Source: Planctomycetia bacterium
GTDB taxonomy: Bacteria; Planctomycetota; UBA1135; UBA2386
Direction: 5' to 3'
NCBI GenBank assembly: GCA_005776475.1
Contig: SXPB01000034.1
Coordinates: 3,380-67,379 of the forward strand
DNA length: 64,000 nucleotides
The translations under genes were made by a program, and so were the position numbers. The stretch's first letter is position 1. The number at the start of each line of letters is the position of its first letter. The notes under the pieces are model-generated. The model did not search any database, was not told the DNA's origin, and saw only the letters and a program-made list of their open reading frames with translations. Shown here one piece after another: positions 18,003 to 26,356 of this stretch.

Positions 18003-18964
18003 GCGATCGAGTGCTGGTCACCGGTGGGGCCGGGTTCATCGGCTCGCACGTGTGCCACCTGCTGTGCCAGGGCGGTCGCGACGTCGTCGTGATCGACGAC
18101 TTCAGCACCGGGGCGCGCAGCAACCTGCAGGGGATGAAGGTCACCTTGGTGGAGGGTTCGGTCGCCGATCCGGCCGCCGTCGCGCGCGCGATGGACGGGG
18201 TCGCCAAGGTCGTGCACCTGGCGGCGTTGCCGTCGGTCGCGCGTTCCGTCGATCGGCCGCTCGACACGCACCACGTCTGCGCCACCGGCACGGCGGTCGT
18301 GCTCGCGGCGGCGCGCGACCGCAAGGCACGGGTCGTCTACGCCGGCAGCAGTTCGGCCTATGGCAACCAGGAGTCGTTGCACAAACACGAAGGCCTGCGC
18401 GAGGACCCGCTGTCGCCGTACGCCGCGTCGAAGCTCGCGGGCGAGCTGTACTGCCGTTCGTTCTCCCGCGTCTATGGCCTGCCTGTCGTGGTGACGCGGT
18501 TCTTCAACGTGTTCGGGCCACGCCAGCCGGCGAACAGCCAGTACTCGGGCGTCATCGCCGCCTTCAGCAAGGCACTGCTGGAAGGCAAGCCGGTGCGCAT
18601 CGACGGCGACGGCGGCCAGGCGCGCGATTTCACCTACGTCGAGGACCTGGTGGCCGGCGTCGTGCAGTGCCTCGACGCCACGACCGACGGCTGCGAGACG
18701 GTCAACCTCGCCTACGGCCAATCGACCACCGTACAGGACGTGTACGCAACCTTGTGCGCGCTGGCGCGCGAGCGTCTCGGCCTGAGAAGCATTCCCGATC
18801 CGATCCACGCCCCGCCGCGCACCGGCGACGTGCGTCATTCCCTGGCAGATACTTCGCGCGCGAAGACCCGATTCGGCTTCGCCCCGAAGATCGGTTTCGC
18901 CGAAGGACTGCGTCGCACCTTCGACTGGTACCGGCAACAATCCGGCAAGAGCAACTCCCCATGA
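17999..18964 (+). CDS. SDR-family NAD-dependent nucleotide-sugar epimerase/dehydratase
   Basis: VLVTGGAGFIGSH..SSSAYG..SPYAASKLAGE..RFFNVFGPRQ. GTGA overlap with the upstream gene. Confidence 0.85.
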   Translation: MSDRVLVTGGAGFIGSHVCHLLCQGGRDVVVIDDFSTGARSNLQGMKVTLVEGSVADPAAVARAMDGVAKVVHLAALPSVARSVDRPLDTHHVCATGTAVVLAAARDRKARVVYAGSSSAYGNQESLHKHEGLREDPLSPYAASKLAGELYCRSFSRVYGLPVVVTRFFNVFGPRQPANSQYSGVIAAFSKALLEGKPVRIDGDGGQARDFTYVEDLVAGVVQCLDATTDGCETVNLAYGQSTTVQDVYATLCALARERLGLRSIPDPIHAPPRTGDVRHSLADTSRAKTRFGFAPKIGFAEGLRRTFDWYRQQSGKSNSP

Positions 18965-19695
18965 AAGGCGTCGTACTCGCAGGCGGGCTCGGAAGCCGTC
19001 TCTATCCGCTGACGAAGATCACCAACAAGCACCTGTTGCCGGTCTTCAACAAGCCGATGATCTACTACCCGATCCAGTGCTTGGTGAACGCGGGCATCAC
19101 CGACATCTTGATCGTCACCGGCGGCAACTCGGCGGGGCACTTCCTGCAGTTGCTGCGCAACGGCGCCGACTTCGGCCTGAAGCGCATCAGCTACGCCTAC
19201 CAGGAAGGCGAAGGCGGCATCGCCGACGCGCTCAAGCTCGCCGAAGCCTTCGCCGAAGGCGAGTCGATCTGCGTCGTGCTCGGTGACAACATCATCGAAG
19301 GCAACATCAAGAAGGCCGTCGACGACTTCAAGCAGCAGGGCGGCGGCGCCAAGATCCTGCTGAAGGAAGTGCACGACCCCGAGCGCTTCGGCGTCGCCAC
19401 CGTCAAGGACGGCAAGGTGCAGAAGATCGTCGAGAAGCCGAAGTCGCCGGAGTCGAACCTCGCGGTGATCGGGATCTATCTCTACGACCCGTCGGTGTTC
19501 GACATCTGCCGGACGTTGAAGCCCAGTTCGCGCGGCGAGCGCGAGATCACCGACGTCAACAACGAGTTCTTGCGGCGCGGCAACCTCACCTGCGAGGTGT
19601 TGAAGGGCTGGTGGACCGACGCCGGCACGTTCGAGTCGCTCTACCGCAGCGCCACGTTGATCCGCGACAACGGCGCCAACCGGATGGACGTCTGA
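18961..19695 (+). CDS. rmlA: Glucose-1-phosphate thymidylyltransferase-like sugar nucleotidyltransferase (short form)
   Basis: MKGVVLAGGLGSRLYPLTKITNKHLLPV..GIADAL..VLGDNI. ATGA overlap with the upstream gene. Confidence 0.85.
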   Translation: MKGVVLAGGLGSRLYPLTKITNKHLLPVFNKPMIYYPIQCLVNAGITDILIVTGGNSAGHFLQLLRNGADFGLKRISYAYQEGEGGIADALKLAEAFAEGESICVVLGDNIIEGNIKKAVDDFKQQGGGAKILLKEVHDPERFGVATVKDGKVQKIVEKPKSPESNLAVIGIYLYDPSVFDICRTLKPSSRGEREITDVNNEFLRRGNLTCEVLKGWWTDAGTFESLYRSATLIRDNGANRMDV

Positions 19696-19709
19696 GTCCG
19701 GATTCGCGC

Positions 19710-20603
19710 ATGGCTCGCACGGAGTTCCTCGTCACCGGCGCCGGTGGCCAACTCGGCCGCGCCTTGCTCGCGGCCTGCGCTGCGCGCGGCCGCAGCGCGC
19801 TCGGTGTCGGCCAGGCGACGATGCCGCTGCACGATCGCGCCGCGATCCGGGCCGTGCTCGAACGCGAACGGCCGGCGGTGGTGTTGCACGGCGGGGCGAT
19901 GACCAACGTCGATGGTTGCGAAACCGATCCGCTCGCCGCCTACCGCGTCAACGGTCTCGGCACCGCGTGGGTCGCCGAAGCCGCCGCGGCCGTCGGTGCC
20001 AGCCTCGTCTACGTCAGCACCGACTTCGTGTTCGACGGCACGGCGTCGACGCCGTACCCGATCGACCACGCGCCAAAGCCCCTGTCGGTCTACGGCGCCA
20101 GCAAGCGGCTCGGCGAGGAAGCGGTGCTCGGCCACGGCCGCGCCGACTTCCACGTCGTGCGCACGAGCTGGGTGTTCGGCCCCGGCGGCAAGAACTTCCC
20201 GCGGGCGATCCTCGACCGCGCCCGGTCCGGGCAGCCGTTGAAGGTCGTCACCGACCAGATCGGGCGGCCGACCTACACGGTCGATCTCGCCGAAGCGCTG
20301 CTCGACCTCTGCGGGGCGAAGCCCGCGGGAGGCGTTTGGCACGCCGCCAACACCGGCCACTGTTCGTGGCATGGCTTTGCCCAGGCGGTGCTCGCGGCGG
20401 CCGGGCTCGGCGCCATCGAAATCGGCACCCAGACGGGGGCCGAATTGAAGCGGCCGGCCGCGCGGCCGGCGTGGTCGGTGCTCGACTCGAGCCGACTGGA
20501 CACGGCGTTGCGCCGCCCACTGCCGCATTACACCGACGCGATCCGCCGCTGGCTCGCCGCCGACCAGGCCGCCACGCCCGCTGGCGGCAACAAGACCTAC
20601 TGA
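19710..20603 (+). CDS. rmlD: dTDP-4-dehydrorhamnose reductase
   Basis: FLVTGAGGQLG..VLHGGAMTNVDGCETDP..VNGLGT..YVSTDFVFDG..SVYGASKRLGE..VRTSWVFG. Confidence 0.88.
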   Translation: MARTEFLVTGAGGQLGRALLAACAARGRSALGVGQATMPLHDRAAIRAVLERERPAVVLHGGAMTNVDGCETDPLAAYRVNGLGTAWVAEAAAAVGASLVYVSTDFVFDGTASTPYPIDHAPKPLSVYGASKRLGEEAVLGHGRADFHVVRTSWVFGPGGKNFPRAILDRARSGQPLKVVTDQIGRPTYTVDLAEALLDLCGAKPAGGVWHAANTGHCSWHGFAQAVLAAAGLGAIEIGTQTGAELKRPAARPAWSVLDSSRLDTALRRPLPHYTDAIRRWLAADQAATPAGGNKTY

Positions 20604-20618
20604 TACCTGGAGCAGAAC

Positions 20619-21629
20619 GTGAGCAAGATCCTCGTCACTGGTGGCGCCGGTTTCATCGGTTCCAACTTCGTCCGCATGCTGTTGCTCGGCAGTGAGCATC
20701 AGGTCGTCAACGTCGACGCGCTGACCTACGCCGGCAATCTCGAGAACCTGAAGGACGTCGAGAAGCACGCGCGCAACACGTTCGTGAAGGCCGACATCGC
20801 CGACGCGGTGGCGATGGACAAGGTGTTCGCCGACCACAAGCCGGAGCTCGTGGTGCACTTCGCCGCCGAGAGCCACGTCGATCGTTCGGTGCTCGACGCG
20901 ACGGCGTTCGTGCGCACCAATGTGATCGGTACGCAGGTGCTGCTCGACAAGAGCCGCATCTACAAGGTGGCGCGCTTCGTGCACGTCAGCACCGACGAGG
21001 TCTACGGTTCGCTCGGCCCGTGGGGCTACTTCACGGAAGAGACGCCGATCCAGTCGAACTCGCCGTATTCGTCGAGCAAGGCCGCCAGCGACCTGATGGT
21101 GCGCGCCGCGGTGCACACGCACCACATGGACTGCGTGATCACGCGCTGCTCGAACAACTACGGGCAGTTCCAATTCCCGGAGAAGCTGATCCCGTTGATG
21201 ATCGCCAACGCTCTCGAAGGCAAGAAGCTGCCGGTGTACGGCGATGGCAAGAACGTGCGCGACTGGATCCACGTGCAGGACCACTGCACCGGCATCAAGC
21301 GGGCGATGGAGAGCGGCAAGGCCGGCGAGGTCTACAACTTCGGCGGCGACGCGGAGCGCGAGAACATCTTCGTGGTGAAGGAGATCCTGCGCCTGCTCGG
21401 CAAGGGCGACGACCTGATCCACTACGTGAAGGACCGCCCCGGCCACGACCGTCGCTACGCGATGGACTCGAGCAAGGCGCGCGCGGTGCTCGGCTGGACC
21501 CCGGCGTACACCTTCGAATCGGGGCTGCGGCAGACGGTCGATTGGTACGTGCAGAACAAGGCGTGGTGGGAGCGCGTGCGCAGCGGCGCCTACCAGGCCT
21601 ACTACCAGCAGCAGTACGGCGCGCGCTAA
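20619..21629 (+). CDS. rmlB: dTDP-glucose 4,6-dehydratase
   Basis: MSKILVTGGAGFIGSNF..DALTYAGNLENL..HFAAESHVDRS..VSTDEVYG..SPYSSSKAASD..HDRRYAMD. Confidence 0.93.
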   Translation: MSKILVTGGAGFIGSNFVRMLLLGSEHQVVNVDALTYAGNLENLKDVEKHARNTFVKADIADAVAMDKVFADHKPELVVHFAAESHVDRSVLDATAFVRTNVIGTQVLLDKSRIYKVARFVHVSTDEVYGSLGPWGYFTEETPIQSNSPYSSSKAASDLMVRAAVHTHHMDCVITRCSNNYGQFQFPEKLIPLMIANALEGKKLPVYGDGKNVRDWIHVQDHCTGIKRAMESGKAGEVYNFGGDAERENIFVVKEILRLLGKGDDLIHYVKDRPGHDRRYAMDSSKARAVLGWTPAYTFESGLRQTVDWYVQNKAWWERVRSGAYQAYYQQQYGAR

Positions 21630-23002
21630 CGATCGGCGAGCGTCGCCACGGCGAACGCGACCACGGCAGCACCGAGCGCCAGTTCGCGTTCGTGCACCAT
21701 CGCCAGCGTGTCGACCGCGGTGTGGTGGTAGTCGAAGTACTTCTGGCCGTCGACCAGCAGCCCGAAGCACGGCACGCCGGCCGCGTGCAACGGAATCAGG
21801 TCGGCGCCGCATGAGCCGGCACCGGACAGGAACAGGCCCGCACCGAGTTCTTGCAGGGGTGCGAACGCGGTCTTGACCGCCGCCGCCTCGGCATCGCGCA
21901 GCGAGGTGGCGAACCCGGTCGGCGTGAAGCCGCCGCTGTCGGACTCGATCGCGGCCACATGCTGCGCCAGCCCGGCGGCGTGCAGTTCGCCGTACGCCTG
22001 GGCGCCACGCAGCCCGTTCTCTTCGTTGGCGAACAGCACTACGCGCACGGTGCGCCGCGGCCGGATGCCGCAGACCCGCAGCAACCGCACGGCTTCGAGC
22101 GCGTGCACGCAGCCAGCGCCGTCGTCGTGGGCGCCGGTGCCGAGATCCCAGGCGTCGAGGTGGCCACCGACCAGCACGACCTCACCGGGTCGTTCGCTGC
22201 CGACCAGTTCGCCGACCACGTTGGCGCTGGCGACGTCGGGCAGGGTGGTGCACCCGAGCACGAGCCGCACTCGCACCGGCCCCTGCTTCAGGGCGGCGGC
22301 GAGCGCTTCGGCGTCGGCGGTGGCGATCGCCGCTGCCGGCACCTGCGGCACCACGGCGTCGTACTGCATCGCACCGGTGTGCGGGTGGCCGTCGATCGAG
22401 GTCGTCATCGACCGCACCAGCGCGGCTGCGGCGCCGACCTTGCCCGCTTCGATGGCGCCGTTGCTGCGCTGCGGGACCGCTTCGCCGTAGGCCTGGCCCG
22501 TATTGCGCAGCGCGCGCGGCATCGGCCGGTTGAAGAACACGATCTTGCCCCTGGCCGCTTCGCCGAGCTGCTGCAGTTGTTCGAACGACCGCACCTCGAC
22601 CACTTCGGCCTCGACGCCGCCCGCCGGCGTGCCGATGCTGCCGCCGAGAGCGGTGACCCGCAGCGGCAAGGGCGACGGCGACAGCACCTCGGCGCGTTCT
22701 TCACCGCGCTGCCAGCACGGGACCAGGCACGGCTCGGCACGCACGTTCTCGAGCCCGATCTCGCGCATCGTCGACAGGGCCCACTGCACCGCGATCGCGT
22801 CGCCCGGCGAACCGGCGAGGCGCTTGGGTGCCGCGTCGGTGAGCGAGCGCAGCATGCTGATCGCATGGTTGTCGGCGAGGGCGCGGGCGACGAGGGCGCG
22901 GCAACGATCGCCAGCGGCCGGATCCTGGGGCGATTCGCCGGACGCGGGCGACGACTGGCACGCCGTGAACAGCAGGAGGGCAAACGTCGGGGAACGGTGC
23001 AC
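21626..23002 (-). CDS. M28-family metallopeptidase (lipoprotein-type signal)
   Basis: GGHLDAWDLGTGAHDDGAGCV and LFANEENGLRGA. The GTG at 23002 gives VHRSPTFALLLFTACQSS (lipobox-like). An alternative ATG at 23089 would overlap the thiE start. Confidence 0.8.
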   Translation of the reverse strand: MHRSPTFALLLFTACQSSPASGESPQDPAAGDRCRALVARALADNHAISMLRSLTDAAPKRLAGSPGDAIAVQWALSTMREIGLENVRAEPCLVPCWQRGEERAEVLSPSPLPLRVTALGGSIGTPAGGVEAEVVEVRSFEQLQQLGEAARGKIVFFNRPMPRALRNTGQAYGEAVPQRSNGAIEAGKVGAAAALVRSMTTSIDGHPHTGAMQYDAVVPQVPAAAIATADAEALAAALKQGPVRVRLVLGCTTLPDVASANVVGELVGSERPGEVVLVGGHLDAWDLGTGAHDDGAGCVHALEAVRLLRVCGIRPRRTVRVVLFANEENGLRGAQAYGELHAAGLAQHVAAIESDSGGFTPTGFATSLRDAEAAAVKTAFAPLQELGAGLFLSGAGSCGADLIPLHAAGVPCFGLLVDGQKYFDYHHTAVDTLAMVHERELALGAAVVAFAVATLADR

Positions 23003-23087
23003 ACGTGCAGCGAAGCGATGCCACGGTGCTGTGTCCACGACACAGCCGCCACTTGCGTCGAGGGCGCATACCGGGCCTGATGCTGGC

Positions 23088-23777
23088 ATGGCCGCGTCCG
23101 CGCGCTCGTTCCACCGGTCCCTGCTGCAGCTCGTGCTCGTCACCGACGGCCGGGGCGATCCGGCGCGGCTCGAGCGCATCGTCGACCAGGTGGTGGCGGC
23201 GGGCGTGCGCACGGTGCAACTGCGCGAACCCGAACTGCCGGCGCGGGTGCTGCTGCGCACCTGCGAACGCCTGCTGCCGATCCTGCAGCGCGTCGGCGGC
23301 CTCTTGCTGGTGAACGACCGCGTCGATGTCGCGGCCGCCGGCGCCGCGCACGGGGCGCAGATCGGCCATCGTTCGTTGCCGCCCGAACTGGCGCGCAAGG
23401 TGCTCGGACCGGATCCGGTGCTCGGCCTGTCGGCACACGATCGTGCCGAGCTCGACCTGGCGACCGCGGGTGGTTGCGACTTCGCGTTGTTGTCGCCGGT
23501 GTGGCCGACCCCGAGCAAGCCGGGCGCGCCGCACCTCGGTGCCGTGCGGGCGGCGCAGTTGACCGCGGCGGCGCGGTTGCCGGTGGTGTGGCTCGGGGGC
23601 GTCACCGTGGGCGTGCTCGGCGGTCTGGCTGCGTTGCCGCAGGTCGCGTGGCCGGCCGGTTTCGCGGTGCGCAGCGCGATCATGGGGGCGGACGACCCCG
23701 GGGTGGCCGCCGCCGAACTGCTCGCCGCGACGGCGGCGCTGCTCGGCGCCGCCGCGCCCCAGCCGACCCGACCGTGA
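23088..23777 (+). CDS. thiE: Thiamine-phosphate synthase
   Basis: LQLVLVTDG..GVRTVQLREPEL..LLVNDRVDVAAAGAAHGAQIG..LGLSAHD..DFALLSPVWPTPSKPG. Confidence 0.88.
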   Translation: MAASARSFHRSLLQLVLVTDGRGDPARLERIVDQVVAAGVRTVQLREPELPARVLLRTCERLLPILQRVGGLLLVNDRVDVAAAGAAHGAQIGHRSLPPELARKVLGPDPVLGLSAHDRAELDLATAGGCDFALLSPVWPTPSKPGAPHLGAVRAAQLTAAARLPVVWLGGVTVGVLGGLAALPQVAWPAGFAVRSAIMGADDPGVAAAELLAATAALLGAAAPQPTRP

Positions 23778-23804
23778 CGCTGGAACGGCAGCCAGCCGCC
23801 GCCG

Positions 23805-24242
23805 ATGCTGCGCCGCATGTCCGTCTTCGGCCTGCGCCATCGCCGTGGAATGCCGCCGCCGCCACGCGTCGTGCGCATCGTGCGCGCGACCCTGTTGGTG
23901 GCGATCGCCGTGACTGCGTTCCTGTTGGTGCAGCGCTTCCGCGTGTGGCAAGTGCCCGCCGGCATGGACACCGACCCGGCGTTGCCGGCGGGTGCGTATT
24001 GCCTGGTCGATCGCGCGGCCAAGGGTCTGCGTGTCGGCAGCAGCGTGTTCGTCGCGAGTCCACACGGCGAAGTGGTGTCGAAGGTGGCCACGCTGGACGG
24101 CGACGTGCTCACCGTGCGCAATCCCAATGCGCAGTCGCGCCTGCCCGACAGCGCCAGCTTCGGGGCGTTGCCGCGCAGTGCCGTGCTCGGCGTCGTGCTG
24201 TCGGTGTTCGCCAGCGCAACGGAGCCTGCCCGTGGCCGATGA
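23805..24242 (+). CDS. Small membrane-anchored protein with a degenerate signal-peptidase-I (S26)-like fold
   Basis: 145 aa. One TM segment (VRATLLVAIAVTAFLLV), then WQVPAGMDTDPALPAGAYCLVDR..GSSVFVASPHGEVVSKVATLDGDVLTV. The layout resembles IPSGSMxPTL..GDxVVF..IKRVxGxPGD, but no Ser-Met nucleophile motif is visible. Confidence 0.45.
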   Translation: MLRRMSVFGLRHRRGMPPPPRVVRIVRATLLVAIAVTAFLLVQRFRVWQVPAGMDTDPALPAGAYCLVDRAAKGLRVGSSVFVASPHGEVVSKVATLDGDVLTVRNPNAQSRLPDSASFGALPRSAVLGVVLSVFASATEPARGR

Positions 24243-25167
24243 ACGTGCCTTCACGAAGGGCCTCGGCCGCTTCTTCGGCAGCGCCCGCGGCGTGCGCATC
24301 GGCATCGGCGACGACGCCGCCGTGGTGCGCAATCCGGCGCGCGATTCGGTGTTGTGCTGCGATCCGGTGGTCGAAGGCGTGCACTTCACGCGGTCGACGC
24401 CGCTGCGCCAGGTCGGCAAGAAGGTCGTGAACCGCAATCTCGCCGACCTCGCGGCGATGGGGGCGATGCCGGATTGGTTGCTGGTGTCCATGGTGTTGCC
24501 GCCGTGGTGTGGGCATGCGGAGCGGCGCGAACTGCTGCACGGCATCCGCAGCGCCGCCCGCGCCGCGAAGGCCACCGTGGTCGGCGGCGACGTCGCCAGC
24601 ACGCGCGGTCCGCTGGTCGTCACGGTGACGGCGATCGGGCATCCCGTGGGGCGCGTGTTGGTGCGCGATGCGGCGCGCGTCGGCGACACGCTGCACGTGT
24701 CGGGGCCGCTCGGCGGTTCGTCGCTCGGCCACCATCTCTCGTTCCGGCCGCCGCTCACGATCGGGCGGTGGCTCGCCGCGCAGCCGACGGTGCACGCGGC
24801 GATGGATGTCAGCGATGGGTTCCTGCTCGACCTCGCGACGATGCTCGACGCGAGTGGTGGACTCGGGGCCGAGATCGATGCCACCGCGGTGCCGGTGTCG
24901 ACTGCTGCCCGCAAGCTCGCGCGCGGCGATCGCCGACAGGCCCTGCGCCACGCGCTCGGCGATGGCGAAGACCATGTGTTGTTGTGGACGCAGCAGGCGG
25001 GTCGCGCGCTCGCGGCGGGCGGGCCGTTGTCGTCCAGGGCCCGGGCACCCGTTGGCCGTGTCGTCGCGACTCCCGGCCTGTGGCTCGTGCACGACGGTCG
25101 CCGCGAACGTGTTCCTGCCCTAGGGTATCGCCATGAACTTGCCGATCGTCGTCGACCTGCCCGCTGA
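24232..25167 (+). CDS. thiL: Thiamine-monophosphate kinase
   Basis: GIGDDAAVV..VEGVHF..VVNRNLADLAAMGA..VVGGDV..MDVSDGFLLDL. GTG start at 24232, in frame within track ORF 23992..25167. Confidence 0.88.
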   Translation: MADERAFTKGLGRFFGSARGVRIGIGDDAAVVRNPARDSVLCCDPVVEGVHFTRSTPLRQVGKKVVNRNLADLAAMGAMPDWLLVSMVLPPWCGHAERRELLHGIRSAARAAKATVVGGDVASTRGPLVVTVTAIGHPVGRVLVRDAARVGDTLHVSGPLGGSSLGHHLSFRPPLTIGRWLAAQPTVHAAMDVSDGFLLDLATMLDASGGLGAEIDATAVPVSTAARKLARGDRRQALRHALGDGEDHVLLWTQQAGRALAAGGPLSSRARAPVGRVVATPGLWLVHDGRRERVPALGYRHELADRRRPAR

Positions 25168-25615
25168 TCCAACCGCCACCGAGCGGCTTGGGCGATGGCT
25201 CGGGGAACGGCTGCGGCCCGGCGACACCCTCGGGCTCGTCGGCGACCTGGGTGCCGGCAAGACGACGCTGGTGCGCGGCCTCGCGGTGGGCCTTCTGGTC
25301 GACGATCCGGACGCGGTCGCGAGCCCGACCTACCTGCTCGTGGTCGAGCATCCGGGGCCGGTGCGGCTGCTACACGCAGATGCCTATCTGCCCGGCAAGT
25401 TGCTCGGCTTCCTCGACGACGGCGGCCTCGAATACCTGTTCGACGCCACCGCGGTGGCCGTCGTGGAGTGGGCGCAGCGAATCGCCAACCACTTGCCGCA
25501 GCGGGTGTTGTGGGTCGAGATCGCGGTGGCACCGGGTGGTGGCCGACAGGTCGTGCTGCGGCCCGGCGACCCGGCCGACTTTCCTTGGCTGCGGGAATCG
25601 CCGAAGATCGGGTGA
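25133..25615 (+). CDS. tsaE: tRNA t6A37 threonylcarbamoyl-transfer ATPase TsaE
   Basis: GDTLGLVGDLGAGKTTLVRGL..ASPTYLLVVEH..LLHADAYL. Confidence 0.88.
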   Translation: MNLPIVVDLPADPTATERLGRWLGERLRPGDTLGLVGDLGAGKTTLVRGLAVGLLVDDPDAVASPTYLLVVEHPGPVRLLHADAYLPGKLLGFLDDGGLEYLFDATAVAVVEWAQRIANHLPQRVLWVEIAVAPGGGRQVVLRPGDPADFPWLRESPKIG

Positions 25616-25672
25616 ACCGATCGCCCCGAACTGTCGTTCCGCCGTCATTCCCGAATTCCCGCTCGTGGTCGC

Positions 25673-26356
25673 TTGAAGAAGCCTCAGCCACTCCCTGCTG
25701 TCGCCCCGGCCGATGCCGAAGTCGACCACCTGCTGCGCTACCGCGATGGCGACGCGAATGCGTTCCGGTTGCTGGTCGATGCCTACCGCGACCGCATGCT
25801 GCAGTTCTTCTACCGGCTGTGCTGGGATCGCGACCGCGCCGAGGACCTGGCGCAGGACCTGTTCCTCAAGCTGATGCTGGCGAGCCGGCGGTATCGCCCC
25901 GAAGGACGCCTGTCGACTTTCGTCTACCGCGTCGCCACCAACCTCTGGATCGATCACTACCGGCAGCAGCGGCCGCGGCCGCGCTTCCAATCGCTGGATG
26001 CCGTGGTGCTGCCGGGCGACGACGCGCCGAGCCCGATGGACTACGCCGGCCCGACCCCGACTCCGCAAGAACAGCTCAGGGAAGGCGAGGAGAAGGCGGC
26101 CATGCGGCGGGCGATCGAGCGGCTGACCGAACCGCATCGCCTGGTGTTCGAGTTGGCCGTCTACCAGGAACGACCGTACGCCGAGATCGGCGAGCTGCTG
26201 TCGATTCCGGTCGGCACCGTGAAGTCGCGCATGCACAACGCGGTCACCGCGTTGAAGCAGATGCTCGGCGCTGCGGGCATGGGATCGCCAGCTGTGGGCG
26301 AGGTTCGCGCCGCCTCGGTGGCGTCGCCGCGGCCGCGCGCCGGAGGTGTCGGATGA
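25673..26356 (+). CDS. ECF-type RNA polymerase sigma factor
   Basis: FRLLVDAYRDRMLQFFYRL..RAEDLAQDLFLKL (region 2)..FVYRVATNLWIDHYR..LTEPHRLVFELAVYQERPYAEIGELLSIPVGTVKSRMHNAV (region 4). Confidence 0.9.
   Translation: MKKPQPLPAVAPADAEVDHLLRYRDGDANAFRLLVDAYRDRMLQFFYRLCWDRDRAEDLAQDLFLKLMLASRRYRPEGRLSTFVYRVATNLWIDHYRQQRPRPRFQSLDAVVLPGDDAPSPMDYAGPTPTPQEQLREGEEKAAMRRAIERLTEPHRLVFELAVYQERPYAEIGELLSIPVGTVKSRMHNAVTALKQMLGAAGMGSPAVGEVRAASVASPRPRAGGVG

Noticed and set aside
23003-23087. Possible TPP riboswitch upstream of thiE; a small hairpin ctgtgtc-cac-gacacag is present.
   Set aside because: The spacer is only 85 bp and lacks the conserved TPP-element core (CUGAGA and the ACCUGAUCUGGAUAAUGCC-like segment). 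The only partial resemblance is 'cctgatgctgg'.
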